From Squalus acanthias (Eukaryota): DNA of 64,000 bases. Below, in pieces: positions 36,923 to 50,322 of the stretch (within the stretch, counting starts at the first letter, position 1; each line of letters begins with the position of its first letter). The DNA lies in contig CM059438.1 in NCBI GenBank assembly GCA_030390025.1, forward strand, positions 54,748,001-54,812,000. The letters are read 5' to 3'. The position numbers and the translations under genes were made by a program. A model generated the notes under the pieces. It made no database searches and was not told the DNA's origin. It worked only from the letters and a program-made list of their open reading frames with translations.

Positions 36923-37540
36923 AGACTCGCATTAACATTCATCTGCCATTATTCTTCCCACTTGCATATCTTGTCCAACTCCTTTTGTAACTTCTGAGCT
37001 TCCTCTTCTGATTCCACTGCCCTTCCCAGTTTGATGGTATCTGATTTGACCAGTTAGCATTGAGTTTCTGAATCCATGCCATTGATGTAAAGCAGAAACA
37101 GCAGTGATCCTAGCACTGAACCCTGGGCCACCTCAATCAATACCACTCCCCACTCTGACATAACTCCTCTAATCACCGGCTTAGAAACTCGATGGCGCGT
37201 GACCCTTTTTCTGGTGCTAAACGGGCGCCTATGCTCCCAATATGGCGGGCAGAAAGTGTGTGCACATTTCCAGCTGGGAGTGCGTCGTCTGCCATATTGA
37301 ATCAGGCTTCTCTGTTGATGTCAGGAGTACTGGCCAGAACTACAGAAAACGCTGAATACATTATGTAAATTAGGGTCCTGTGCTTCCTACTCTTCAGCCA
37401 GTTGCTTATTCATTCCCAGAGTTTACCCTGAATCTCCAGTGCTTTGAGTTTAAGTAATAGGCTTCCATGTCAGACTTTGCAAAACCCTTTTGGAATCTCT
37501 AAAACGTACAGTCAGCACTATTGATTATTGTGTGTTCCAG

Positions 37541-37691
37541 GTACCAGCTTGCGGTGATTGTACTGATTTACCTAATGCCATTGATGGTGATGGGAGTCAC
37601 ATACACAAAGGTGGGAATAACACTGTGGGCCAGTGAAATACCTGGAGACTCAACGGCAAGATATCACGAGCAGCTGAACGCAAAACGAAAG
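37541..37691 (+). CDS. TACR2: Tachykinin receptor coding exon 3 (TM5, ICL3), 151 nt
   Basis: Acceptor gttccag|[54 protein letters not shown]; donor AAG|GTCTGT, phase 0. Confidence 0.88.
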
Positions 37692-38235
37692 GTCTGTAGT
37701 AAAACACATGATTCATTTGTAACAGATGAGTATCGCATCATTAGTTTTAATCAGAGGTCAGGGCCTGTCTCCTGATGAATGCTTGCGAGACCATGAACAG
37801 CACAAGCAACTACTGGCCAATGGGAGTAATTTATTTAAACCCACTTCTAGGTTGTCATGCTGTCACTGAAGGTGAGTGCAGGCTTAAACTGAACCACTCC
37901 TGCTCAGTGTTTTCTGAATATAGTCCCTAACTATGGGGAGAGACATGGCTGGAGACTGAGGGAGATTGGTGAAATTGAACATCGGCGGCAGCACATAATT
38001 GGCATTATTGGAGTGGCCGCTTGTCATGGCTGAATATATTGACACCACCATTCCCGGCCAGACTGGAGAGGATTGGGTAATTCCCCTGTCAATCACACCT
38101 GGAGACTGCACTGCTGTAAGTGACTGGGATTGATTTTATGCACAGAATTTGTATTATGTAACTATCCTCCACTCACTGCATTTTTCTGGAGAAATCACCT
38201 TGCTTTTATCAGGAGAAGTTGTTGTAATTTTGGTC

Positions 38236-39897
38236 ATGTTCTTGAGGATGAGAGTGTGATAAAGGTGGATAGGCTGGAGGTGGTAGATGTTCTGAGGGAA
38301 GATGTTTTAGCAATTTTGAAGAACCTGAGGGTCGATAAGTCCCCTGGGCCAGATGGGATATATCCTAGGATTCTTTGGGAGGCAAGGGAGGAGATTGCAG
38401 AGCCTCTGGCTTTGATCTTTGGGTCCTCACTGTCCACGGGGATGGTGCCAGAGGACTGGAGAGTGGCGAATGTTGTTCCTCTCTTCAAGAAAGGAAATAG
38501 GAATGACCCTGGTAATTATAGGCCGGTTAGTCTTACTTCGGTGGTTGGTAAGATAATGGAAAAGGTCCTGAGGGATAGGATTTATGACCATTTGGAAAGG
38601 GGCAACTTAATCAGGGATAGTCAACACGGATTCGTGAAGGGTAAGTCTTGCCTAACAAATTTGATTGAATTCTTTGAGGAGGTAACTAAGTGTGTAGATG
38701 AAGGTAGAGCAGTTGATGTCGTATACATGGATTTTAGTAAGGCGTTTGATAAGGTTCCCCATGGTCGTCTCATGAAGAAAGTAAGGAGTTGTGGGATAGA
38801 GGGAAATTTGGCCGATTGGATAAGTAACTGGCTAACTCATAGAAGGCAGAGGGTGGTGGTGGATGGAACATTTTCGGACTGGAGACCAGTTACCAGCGGT
38901 GTGCCACAGGGGTCGGTGCTGGGTCCTCTGCTGTTTGTGATTTTTATCAATGACTTGGAGGAGGGGACTGAAGGGTGGATCAGTAAATTTGCTGATGACA
39001 CCAAGATTGGTGGAGTAGTGGATGAGGTGGAGGGCAGTTGTAGGCTGCAAAGAGACATTGATAGGATGCAGAGCTGGGCCGAAAAATGGCAGATGGAATT
39101 TAACCCTGATAAGTGCGAGGTGATTCATTTTGGTAGGGCAAATTTGAATAAGGATTACAGGGTCAACGGCAGGGTTCTGAGGAACGTGGAGGAGCAGAGG
39201 GATCTGGGGGTTCATATCCACAGATCTCGGAAGGTTGCCACTCAAGTGGATAGAGCAGTAAAGAAGGCCTATGGTGTGTTAGCGTTTATTAACAGAGGGT
39301 TTGAGTTTAAGAACCGTGAGGTTATGCTGCAACTGTACAGGACCTTGGTGAGACCACATTTGGAATATTGTGTGCAGTTCTGGTCACCTCACTATAGGAA
39401 GGACGTAGAAGCATTGGAAAGAGTGCAAAGGAGATTTACCAGGATGCTGCCTGGTTTGGGGGGGAGGTCTTATGAGGAAAGATTGAGGGAGTTGGGGCTT
39501 TTCTCTTTAGAGCGGAGGAGGATGAGAGGCGACTTAATAGAGGTTTATAAGATGATGAGGGGGATAGATAGAGTGGATGTTCAGAGACTATTTCCTCGGG
39601 TAGAGGCAGCTGTTACAAGGGGGCATAACTATAAGGTGCATGGGGGGAGATATAGAAGGGATGTCCGAGGTAGATTCTTTACTCAGAGAGTGGTTGGGGT
39701 GTGGAATGGATTGCCTGCTGTGATAGTGGAGTCGGACACTTTAGGAACTTTCAAGCGGTTATTGGATAAGCACATGGAGCACACCAGAGTGATAGGGAGT
39801 GTGATAGCTTGATCTTGGTCTCGGACAATGCTCGGCACAACATCGAGGGCCGAAGGGCCTGTACTGTGCTGTACTGTTCTATGTTCTATGTTCTATG
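38236..39897 (+). mobile_element. CR1 LINE, 5'-truncated, RT frame open
   Basis: ORF to 39812 with full RT motifs; (TTCTATG)n tail. Confidence 0.95.
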
Positions 39898-39929
39898 TGT
39901 TCTGTTTCCTCTAGCTCATAGAGACTCCT

Positions 39930-40070
39930 TTTAAATAGACTCTGCAGACTGTTTGCGGTACTGTGCTGTTTAAATAGACTCTGTAGACTGTTTGCGGTAG
40001 TGCACTGTTTAAATAGACGCTATTTGATGAGTAAATAGACTCTGTTTGCTGTGAAATAGACTGTTTGCTG
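39930..40070. repeat. Short degenerate repeat (TTTAAATAGACTCTG...ACTGTTTGC)
   Basis: About five AAATAGAC-anchored units. Confidence 0.7.
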
Positions 40071-40185
40071 TAAATCCTGCCCACCTCCAACTCATTGGCT
40101 GACCCGATGGTGACTTTGACTTGTTATACACCAAACTGATTTTCCATTCTATCGGGTGATGATGTACAATGGGCAGCCAATCCGC

Positions 40186-42305
40186 TAATGTGGACATTTA
40201 AGGAGATACTTCATAACTCTCAACAAAAATATATTCCAGTGAGAAAGAAAGATTTTAAGAAAAGGGAGCACCATCCGTGGCTAACTAAGGAAGTAAAGGA
40301 TGGTATCAAATTGATAACGAAGACATACAATATTGCCAAGATTGTTGGGAGACCAGAGGATTGGGAAATTTTTAAAAACCAGCAAAGGATGACTAAAAAA
40401 ATAATAGCGAGAAGATGAATTATGAGAGTAAACTGGCAAGAAACATTAAAACAGATAGTAAGAGCTTCTACAGGTATATAAAAAGGAAGAGGGTAGCTAA
40501 AGTAAACGTTGGTCCCTTAGAGGATGAGACTGGGGAATTAATAATGGGGAACGGGGAAATGGCAGAGACTCAACAAATATTTTGTATCTGTCTTCACGGT
40601 AGAAGACACTAACAACATCCCAATAATGGATAATCAAGGGGCCACAGGGAGGGGGGAACTAAAGACAATCACTATCACTAAGGAAATAGTACTTGGTAAA
40701 ATAATGGGACTAAAAGATGACAAGTCCCCTGGACCAGATGGCCTGCATCCCAGGGTCTTAAAAGAAGTGGCTGCAGAGATAGTGGATGCATTGGTTGCAA
40801 TATACCAAAATTCCCTGGACTCTGGAGAGGTCCCAGCGGATTGAAAAACCGCAAATGTAACACCCCTATTTAAGAAAGGAGGGAGCCAGAAAGCAGGAAA
40901 CTATAGACCAGTTAGCCTAACATCTGTCGTTGGGAAAATGCTGGAGTCCTTCATTAAGGAAGCAGTAGCAGGGCATTTGGAAAATCATAATGCAGTCAAG
41001 CAGAGTCAGCATGGTTTTATGAAAGTGAAATCATGTTTAACAAATTTGCTGGAGTTCTTTGAGGAGGTAACGAGCAGGGTGGACAAAGGTGAACCAGTGG
41101 ATGTGGTGTATTTGGATTTCCAGAAGGCATTCGATAAGGTGCCACATAAAAGGTTACTGCATAAGATAAGAGCTCACGGAATTGGGGGTAATTATATTAG
41201 CATGGATAGAGAATTGGCTAACTAACAGAAAGCAGAGAGTCGGGATAAATGGGTCATTTTCCGGTTGGCAAATGGTAACTAGTGGGGTGCTTCAGGGATC
41301 GGTGCTGGGGCCTCAACTATTTACAATCTACATTAATGACTTGGATGAAGGGACCGAGTGTAATGTAGCCAAGTTTGCGGATGATACAAAGATGGGTGGG
41401 AAAGCAAGTTGTGCAGAGGACGCAAAGAACCTACAAAGGGATATAGACAGGCTAAGTGAATGGGCAAACATTTGGTAGATGGAGTATAATGTGGGAAAGT
41501 GTGAGGTTATACACTTTGGCAGGAAAAATAAAAAAGCAAATTATTATTTAAATGGAGAGAGATTACAAAATGCGACAGTTCAGAGGGACCTGGGGGTCCT
41601 TGTGCATGAATCACAAAAATTTAGCATGCAGGTACAGCAAGTAATCAAAAAGGCAAATGGAATGCTGGACTTTATTTCAAAGGGGTTGGTGTATAAAAGC
41701 AGGGAAGTCCTGCTACAACTGTACAGGGTATTGGTGAGACCACACCTTGAGTACTGCGTACAGTTTTGGTCTCCTTATTTAAGGAAGGATATACTTGCAT
41801 TGGAGGCAGTTCAGAGACGATTCACTAGGTTAATTCCAGAGATGAGGGGGTTGACTTATGAGGAAAGGTTGAGCAGGTTGGGCCTATACTCATTGGATTT
41901 AGAAGAATGAGAGGTGATTTTATTGAAACATATAAGATACTGAGGGGGCTCAACAAGTTAGATGCAGGGAGGATGTTTCCCCTCATGGGGAAATCTAGAA
42001 CTCAGGGGCATAGTTTTAGAATAAAGGGTCGCCCTTTTAGAACTGAGATGAGGAGGAATTTCTTCTCTCAGAGGATCGTAAATCTGTGGAATTCTCTGCC
42101 CCAGAGAGCTGTGGAGGCTGGGTCATTAAATACATTTAAGGTGGAGATAGACAGATTTTTGCAAGATAAGGGAGTGAAGGGTTATGGGGAGCGGGCGGGG
42201 AAGTGGCTTTGAGCCCAAGATCAGCCATGATCTTATTGAATGGCAGAGCAGGCTTGAGGGGCCAAGTGGCCTATTCCTGCTCCTATTTCTTATGTTCTTA
42301 TGTTT
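40186..42305 (+). mobile_element. CR1 LINE, 5'-truncated, multiple lesions
   Basis: Consecutive RT fragments 40188-42212; TTCTTATG tail. Confidence 0.95.
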
Positions 42306-42554
42306 CACCTCCGCTGATAGTAAATTTCACCTCCCCAACCCCCAGCTCAAGCAGCTGCAGGCTCCAACACTTTACATGAAGAGGCAAAAACTGTCCTGTT
42401 TTCTTAGTGAGTAAAAAGACAACCAAAGGCCTCATAGAGCAGGAGGATACAGGTATGATTTGCAGTCTGTGCTGACTTAGACGATCGAGTGACGACTGCT
42501 GGAAAGTGTAATGTTTCCGTAATCTATTCCAGAGAACAATGTCTCTCTTTTTTG

Positions 42555-42653
42555 TTCTGATTTAAGGTCATCGGCCTGAAACATTAACTCTGTTTCTCTT
42601 TCCACAAATGCTGTCTGACCCATTGAGTATTTCCAGTATTTTATGTTTTTATT
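42555..42653 (+). mobile_element. Old Penelope 3'-end fragment with decayed hammerhead
   Basis: ttctgatttaaggtcatcggcctgaaacattaactctgtttctct... aligns by eye with 2640-2738. Confidence 0.7.
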
Positions 42654-42770
42654 ACTAATGAATCACTGTTTTGGTAATCTATTCCAGACACTGATGACTC
42701 TCTGTTAGTAATCCATTCCAGAAGCATTGACTCTCTGTTCTGGTAATCTATTCCAGAGAGCAAAGATTCT

Positions 42771-43817
42771 GGGGGAGAAATCCGTGTGTTTAGCGCCACA
42801 CATTAGCGCCACGAGATGGCACTAAAACGCCGTTCAGTGCTCTACAGCCAGCTCATGGTGGTTCCAGCAGTGCATGCCATATCCATCTTGCCAGTAGCTG
42901 TCACTAAACTCAATCGCTGGGGACATCGCAATCACGGAGATCATGACGTCAGTGAGTGTGCAACCCTCACTTGACGCCCGATCTCCCAACTTCGTTCGGC
43001 CATTGAAGTTACTGGCTGAAGAAAGCAACGACAAGTTGAGGTGGCGTACAGCAGCAGGAAGCCGGCTCCAGTGATGCTATTTAAAGGGATCCTCACCAAT
43101 CACTCGCATCTGACAGAGTTTAGCAGTTTGAGTGTCTGTGTGCTACTTCCTGCAACTGCAAGAGTTTTCTTTAGTTATTTCAAGGTTATTTGGTAACAGG
43201 GAGTGTTCTGGCACTCTCGTCTCCAGCTGGCTCAGCTGTTCAATGTGGGCTTGTCGTCCGCCTGTCCGCTCTTGCTCACGCCGGTTGTGCAAGAGAAAGG
43301 AAAGTGTGTGAGTGAGTGTGGGGCAGTATGTTTGGGTGATGTAGCAAGGGCCTCAGTTGGCGGGTACAGGACCGCCTGCCTTCTCTCCACCACAAAACCA
43401 ATGCCTCCAGAGCTTCATCCGAGAACCTCCGGGCTCTCTCCCTGGGGCGACGATCTGCCATCAGGATTTGTACAAAACTCTTATTTCTCCTTGTCCTTCT
43501 TCTTATGATTGTTGGGGCAGCTGCACACCCAACAATCCTGACAATGAGGTGCTGCTGCATCAATGAACCTTCCCTTTAAGTAGTGAAAAAAGCCTGTGGC
43601 AATCATTACTTGCAATTCGACTGCCCCCGATATTGGTCCAGCTTTTCAGTGTAACGCCAATGAGCTTGAGTTTTTAGATGCGAATCATGACTGCAATCAT
43701 TTTAATGAGGAGTGAGCACAAATTTTGCATGCATCCTAGACAATTTTCAGGTGGCGCAGCTTAACCATTTTTAGTCTAAACACTGCCCATTTCTTGGCTA
43801 TAACGAATTTCTAGCCC
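42771..43817. mobile_element. Non-autonomous Harbinger with Myb remnant
   Basis: TIR GGGGGAGAAATCCGT vs GGGCTAGAAATTCGT; TCT TSD both sides; MADRRPRERARRFSDEALEALV on minus strand. Confidence 0.8.
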
Positions 43818-43875
43818 TCTCTATTTTAACATAAGAACATAAGAAATAGGAGCAGGAGTAGGCTATATGGCCCCT

Positions 43876-45293
43876 TTGTGGCTGGGATATCCAGAATGGA
43901 ATCATCCACCTGTGGTCCCAGTGACCACAACTCCAATTCCCCTTTCAACATTAGTCCCACACCTAACCTTCCATCTGTTACTGACCATCACAGTGTCCTC
44001 TTGGCAACGATGCTGAAATAAAAGCCACCACAAAGCAAACTTTCCAATCCACCTATATACGTCTATCCATCCAATGTGACATCAAGAAATCAACTCATCA
44101 CCCGTATGCATTCTCTTAGTGACTGTCTTGTGTGTGCCTTTGCCTATCCTACTGATGTCACGCAGTGCTACCCCAGTGGCTGCAGCATGGCTGGTGGAAG
44201 GCTGCTGACTTTCAGTGGGGGACACGGCAAATGGCCTTGCTGGTCGACCTTGAGGAGCTGGTGGCTGGGTGTGTCAAACCAATCTTCTTCTGTTCTTGTT
44301 CTTCTTCACTCTCTTCTCCCCCTTCTTGGTCACCCACTGGCTGGGCAGGCTGCATTTCTTGGGTGTGTGAAATGAGGAATGCAAAAGGGTGGAGATGTGG
44401 TGATGGGAGGGCAGGAAACCAAGAGGTGCATGCCAGAAGGAGGATAAGATATGAGGATACCAGCATTTTGTATCCTTTCAGCCTCGCCACTGGCCAAGGG
44501 TTCAGCCATGCCCCTGCCAAGAATGGCCTGCACCGTCTCCTCCAAGGGGGTGAGGTGAGGCTAGGAATGGGAGATGTGCCTCATGATTGGTGCAGATTGT
44601 TGGTAGGTGAGTGATTGGGGGTCGTGCATTGAGCAGTGTGTGACGCTAGTGGCATAGTTGGTAGGAGACGGCTTTTCAATATGGATTCACTGACCTTGAC
44701 CACTTGTCTGAGGTCATGAAGCTTCTTTAAGCACTGGAACCAGGTCGTAGGCCTCGTTGATGTGGTCCCACATCGTTCTTTCTGGAGGGCCTCCCGGCCC
44801 CTGTGGGTACAGGACCTCTCTTGCAGTGTTGAGCCCCTGCACAAAGCTGGAATGCTGCACGCGAGACCCTGGGCGCCCCTTCCCTGGCTTGCTGAGCAAT
44901 TTGTGTTAGCGCTGAGGCAGTTTCCCCATTTGTTGAGGTTAGGAAGGTAATTCAGCTTTAAGAGCTGAATATCACATTTGGAATTTCTTTTTAATGTTAA
45001 ATATTTTTTTAAAAGGCAGAAAGGGCTGAAAACTGCATTGTTTCACTTCATTTTATTTTGTATTGCTTCAGTGTGCATGGTCCCTTTAATTCTCAGTCCT
45101 CTTCATTGCCCACAATTCCTTGCGAGCTCCACAGCCTCGGATGCCTCCAACACCACCAGGATGGCGCAACGCCAACAATCTCCATCACCCCAGACCAATT
45201 ATGCCCTGTTAGCGTTACAGCCATTTCGGCAGCCGTTAACTCCAGTTGCCAGTGACACCGGTAACTTTGCTGGTTAAAACAGAGTTCTCCCCC
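43876..45293 (-). mobile_element. Truncated Harbinger fragment (Myb remnant + one TIR)
   Basis: TWFQCLKKLHDLRQVVKV on minus strand; end TTCTCCCCC at 45293. Confidence 0.6.
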
Positions 45294-46188
45294 AATGGCT
45301 CTCTGTGTTGATAATATATTCCAGAGATCAAAGATTCTCTGTTTTGGGAATCTGTTCCAGACACTGATGACTCTGTGGCCTAGAAATTCGGAGGTTTAGC
45401 GGCAACCGTTAACGCCCGATTCTGGAAAAAAATGGCGCCCGCCACACTTCCGCCCGCTGCCTGCGGGTCCAGCGGCAGCCGCCATTTTCGGCTGTGCGGC
45501 AGTGCGTGCGCTCACTATCATAATTGAGATTATGCAGATGGTGACGGCAGCGAGTGTGCTAAACTCACGTGACTCCCGATCTGCCATATTGGAGTGGGCC
45601 TCTCCACTAACCGGCCTGTCCTCATTGTGACTAGCTAAGCAAACATTGACAAGCAGGAAGGAGGCTCCAGCAGTGGTATTTAAAGTGATCATCAGCAACA
45701 ACTTGCAGCTGACACATTTCTGCAGTTTGACTGGCTCTGTGCAACTTTCTGCAACTCCAGCAGATTTATAAACTTCTTTCAAGGTTCTAAGGTCACAGGG
45801 AGTGTTGGGGCAAGTGGAGAACACCTTGGGGGAAAAATTCAGTATCGCCCCGTTTGGGGCGCGATTATCGGCCGTGCGCAAAGTTTAGCGCCTGGCGCTA
45901 ATTATCGCCTCCGACTGCAAACTTGGCTTTTATCGCCCCTGGAGTTGATTGGAGCGCTAAATCAGGCGCTACACACCTCTCTTAAGGTGCAAAGGCCGAG
46001 GAGCGAGGCGCTAACTCAGAGCGCGGGCGCAGCGCAGGTGCTGTCAGTTAGCGATGGAACACAGACACACTGGCGCCGGCCAGTTCTTGAAGGGGAGGCT
46101 CGATTTTGCTCTCCAGCCACACCCTACTCATTGGAGCCTTGAATCTCGGCCTGGAGAGACCTGTGCCTAAATCTTGCAGCCAAGGACT

Positions 46189-48320
46189 ATGGAGAGGGCC
46201 AGGGAGCAAGCTCAGCGCTTCAGCGAGCGGGCCATGGAGGCTCTGGTTGGCGCGGTGGAGCACAGAAGATCTATACTCTACCATGAGAGTGACAGGAGGC
46301 CATTGCCGCGCGACTACAGAAGTGTGTGGAGGGAGGTGGCACAGAGCGTTTCCTCCAGGAGCATGGTGCCCAGGACCCATATACAATGTAGAAAAAAGTT
46401 CAGCGACCTCACTCGGGTCGTCAGGGTGAGTGGCTTTTTTTCAATACCTCTCCATCCCTCCATCTCAACCTCACTCTATGGCCAAAGGGTCTTAAAACCC
46501 CAATGCCCAACACTCATCCAACACCTATGGCCCTCTCATGAAACACACACGCACATTCCACACTTTGCATACAGTAAGGGCTATTCACCTATGGGAGGCA
46601 AATCAGGCAAGACCATGGCTGCATAGAGTAAGGGCTATTCACCTATGGGAGGCACATCAGACAAGACCATGGCTGTATATTTACTCAGACGCCGTCCTTT
46701 TTCTTGCAGGCCAAGCTATCTCATAACAGGAGACAGCAGCAACGGACAGGTGGAGGTGCGGCCTCAGCTGCAACCCCTCAGCGATCTTGAGGAGCACGTC
46801 CACAGGATTGTGGCAAGCCGGGTGATCGGTCCCGTCGCCCCTGGAGAGGCCGACCCCGTTCTGGACAGCAATGGTAAGGTCATCACCTTTCTCTCCTCTC
46901 TCATTCCACTTGTCCCTCACAACACCAGCCTTTGACACTTTCAATCCAACTTACTAAATCACTGTACTCATTCCTCCCTTACTGCCCCCCTGTCCTCACC
47001 CTAAAGCCACTCTTGTACCTCCCTGCTTTCAGATGGTGATTCACCAGCTGAGGAGACGGGCCCTGAAGCTGCCAGTGGGAGCGAAGCTGCAGGTGAGCTG
47101 GTAGAGAAAGCCAGAGCCTCAGCGCCACCCTCTCCCGAGGAAGCCCATGCCCACACTGGGAACACGCCTTCCCTGGAGGGGAGCAGGGGGGGAAGGGTCT
47201 GATGAGGGTAAAGCTCCAGGACCCAGTGGGTTGCAGCAACGCGATGGGGGTAGGGAAGCTCGGGGGCCAGCTCCCTGGAGGGAGAGTATGCCAGCGAGTC
47301 CTGCTGCACTGGACGCAGAGGAGGAGCGGCTCATCGCTGAAATGAACACCCAGGCGGTGGACATGCACACTGAGCTCATGGGTGCAGTGGGAAGGGTGCC
47401 CGAAAGCATTGATGCACTGGCAAGGAGTGTGGAGCACTTCGCTGTAGCACAGGCGGATGCCACGCAAATGTTTAGTGCTGCAATTCAGTCACTGGCTGCC
47501 GTGACCCCATCTCTGACTGCTCTCATGCAGACTCAGATTGAGGCCACGCGAGCACTGACTGCTGCCATCCTCGCTGGTTCGGACATATTTCCCTGGGGCT
47601 CTCACCGCGCCGCAGCAGGCCAGCAATCTGTGCTCCAGCAGATTGCTCCGGATGCTGAAGTGCTGCCCCGTAGGAGTGCCAGTGTGTCGGTCGAGCAGGG
47701 AGTTGCTGTCCTCTCTCAAGATGACAGCATTCCTGCTGCCACCACTGTCACTTCTCCACTGCACTTGCCACTGCCTGTAGGACAGACTGCTGCCGCCCAT
47801 GCAGAGTTGGTGCAGTCTGCAGCCGGGCCCTCCAGGCCCAAAGCTGGTCGAGGCCGTCCTTCAAGGGCATCTGCAGTCTCAGGTTCTGACAATCAGCAGC
47901 CTTGCTGCAGCCACTGGGGTCCCATTACAGAGGAGCAGTAGGGTGGGAAGGGGGGGAAGTGCGCAAGGGAAGGACGGTGGCATAGTGGTTAGCACTGTTG
48001 CCTCACAGCGCCAGGGACCCGGATTTGAATCCAGCCAAGGGTGACTGTCTGTGTGGAGTTTGCACATTCTCCCCGTGTCTGCGTGGGTTTCCTCCGGGTG
48101 CTCCGGTTTCCTCCCACAGTCCAAAGATGTGCGGGTTAGGTTGATTTGGCTATGATAAATTGACCCTTAGTGTTAGGGGGGATTAAATACGTGGGGTTAC
48201 GGGGATAGGGTGGGATATGTGTTGGTGCAGGCTCGATGGGCCGAAATGGCCTCTATCTGCACTGTGGGGATTCTGTGATTCTGTGAAGGAGATCACCCTC
48301 GAAGGGCAAAAAGTAGGAGG
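46189..48320 (+). pseudogene. Harbinger Myb/SANT-like gene, three exons (46189-46425, 46710-46873, 47033-about 48320), frameshifted
   Basis: MERAREQAQRFSERAMEALV...VWREVAQSV...IQCRKKFSDLTRVVR|GTGAG; ttgcag|AKLSHNRRQQQRTGGG; G|GTAAG; ctttcag|. Confidence 0.85.
47975..48284 (+). mobile_element. V-SINE (HE1-like)
   Basis: tRNA head, V-domain TGTGTGGAGTTTGCACATTCTCCCCGTGTCTGCGTGGGTTTCCTCCGGGTGCTCCGG, CR1-like tail; GAAGGA TSD; absent from Harbinger copy 1. Confidence 0.9.
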
Positions 48321-48627
48321 TGTGACAAAATGTTGGTCATTTTTTTATTAAAGGCCGAGGTTCGTGGTCAAACTTTTGTTTAGTGTTTTGGACATTATCT
48401 CCAGGTTGTGAGAACCAGTTATGTTAATGACTGTTTTTTTGTGTTTCTTTCTATTAGTTTGTCATGAGGAAATGACACACACAGAGTTTGTAAAATAAAT
48501 AACTTTTTGTATTCAAAATGTACATGTTTGGTCTTTGCAATCATTGCTGCCTTGGCTGGCTTAGGGGTTGTGGGTTGGTTTCATTCATGTTGTTCTCAAT
48601 GGCAGAAGCCATTTCCTCAGCAGGGGC

Positions 48628-49748
48628 CTAGAAGCGGCTTGCTATCAGCCGTTGACGGATGGCCCTTCCAGTTTCTACATTGTGGGCCTCCCTCCCGCCT
48701 TGGTGCTGCTGATGATCATCCTCCTCCTCCTCCTCTGGTGGTGCTCCAAGGCCTGGTGGCATTGGCTGGATCCTGAGGATTGCCAGGTTATGCAGCATGC
48801 AGCACACAACTACGAAGAGGGAGACTCGCTCAGGCGAGTACTGCAGGGCTCCTCCAGAATGCCCAGACAGCGGAACCGTTGCTTGAGCACGCCGATTGTG
48901 TGCTCAACGATGTTCCTGGTAGCTAGATGGCTCTCGTTGTACCGCAGCTCAGCAGGGGTGTTGGGCGTACGGAGCGGTGTCATCAGCCAGGTGCTCAGTG
49001 GATATCCCTTGTCCCCGAGAAGCCAACCACCTGGGTGATGCGGTGCCTGGAAAAGTTCTGCCACAGTAGTCTGGCGCAGGATGTATGCATCGTGGCTGCT
49101 GCCAGGATAGCGGGCATTGACAGCGAGTATCAGCTGTCTGTGGTCACAGACCAACAGCACGTTTAAGGAATGGAACCCCTTTCGGTTGCGGAAATCCTCT
49201 GCATTCTCATGCGGAGCACGCAAAGCCACATGCGTGCAGTCAATGGCGCCCTGCACCATGGGGAAGTCCGCTATCCTCGCAAAGCCCATTGCGCGTTCAT
49301 GCTGCTTGGCCGGGGTCATGGGGAAAGAGATGTACTCTCGTCTCCTTTTAGAGAGGGCATTTGTGACCTGACGGATGTAGCAATGGACAGCGAACTGGGA
49401 GATATTGGCGATGTCCCCAGTAGCTGATTGAAATGAGCTGGTGGCATAAAAGTTCAGCGCCACTGTTACCTTCACTGCCACCGACAGAGACGTCCTGGAC
49501 CTCAGTTGAGGCTGCAGATCTGGCTGCAGCAGGTGGCAGAGCTCAGTGACCACCTCCTTGCTGAAGTGCAGCCTTCGCAAACACTGCTCCTCAGACATAT
49601 TAATGTATGAGAATTGTTGGCGAAATACTCTGGGAGGGTAAGGTCTCCTGTACAGAGGCCTGTTGGCCCTCCTCCGTCTGGCCATGACTGCCACTCTCTC
49701 TGTGTCTCTGTGTCCTCCGATTCTGCAGGCGCAGGACAACGCCCCCAA
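48628..49748 (-). pseudogene. Harbinger DDE transposase, catalytic core open, C-terminal frameshift
   Basis: 312-aa ORF with [43 protein letters not shown]. Confidence 0.92.
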
Positions 49749-50322
49749 TCAGTGCAGCCCCCAAAGTCTCTTGGCAATCAAAGTAATGAAGGTCAAAAAC
49801 CAAAGTACCTGCAAATTTATGCTCAGTAGCCAAAACTACTTCACACAGCGTTGACTCAATGCAGAAGTCTCTCTTTCTCTCAAAATCTCTCTCTCTCTCT
49901 CTCTCAGAACGAGTGGTGCCAAAATGTCTACCACAGAAAAAGCCAGGAAGAGGCCCCCTTTAAATAGTGACCCCCCAGCCCCACAGCGACTGGGAAGCGT
50001 TCCAGTCTACCTGTCGTTGGTTGCGCCAGGCGGAATGGAGGGGGGCGCCACTCAATTTCCATTCCGGGGCGCCCCAAGGGCGTTGCACGCTCGAATGACG
50101 TCAAGATCTGCGTGCGCAGGAGATCGGGCAGTATTGTTTAGCGTCGCCGCAAAATGTCCGGTCAATTTCGTGAGAGGTGCAGATATCGCTGCGCCCGGGC
50201 ACTAGTTGCTTTGTGCCCCATTAGCGCCCTCTTAAGGCGCTAACAGGAGGCGCAAACCAACTGAATTTTTCCCCCCTTCATTCTTATTTATAGGATTCTG
50301 CTCACAACACTTGCTCACAGTC

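Larger units (their letters stand above)
45828..50275 (-). mobile_element. Harbinger DNA transposon copy 2 (same family as copy 1, inverted)
   Basis: TIR GGGGGAAAAATTCAGT / ACTGAATTTTTCCCCC; exact CTT TSD at 45825-45827 and 50276-50278. Confidence 0.95.

Noticed and set aside
38130..38235. N-terminal extension of the 560-aa RT ORF
   Set aside because: Chance open frame in flanking DNA before the CR1 5' truncation point.
42555..42590. Third functional hammerhead
   Set aside because: Core CTGATGA is mutated to CTGATTT and the cleavage triplet is altered.
48628..49748. Domesticated HARBI1 / NAIF1 host genes
   Set aside because: Located within TIR- and TSD-bounded elements, multi-copy, and frameshifted.
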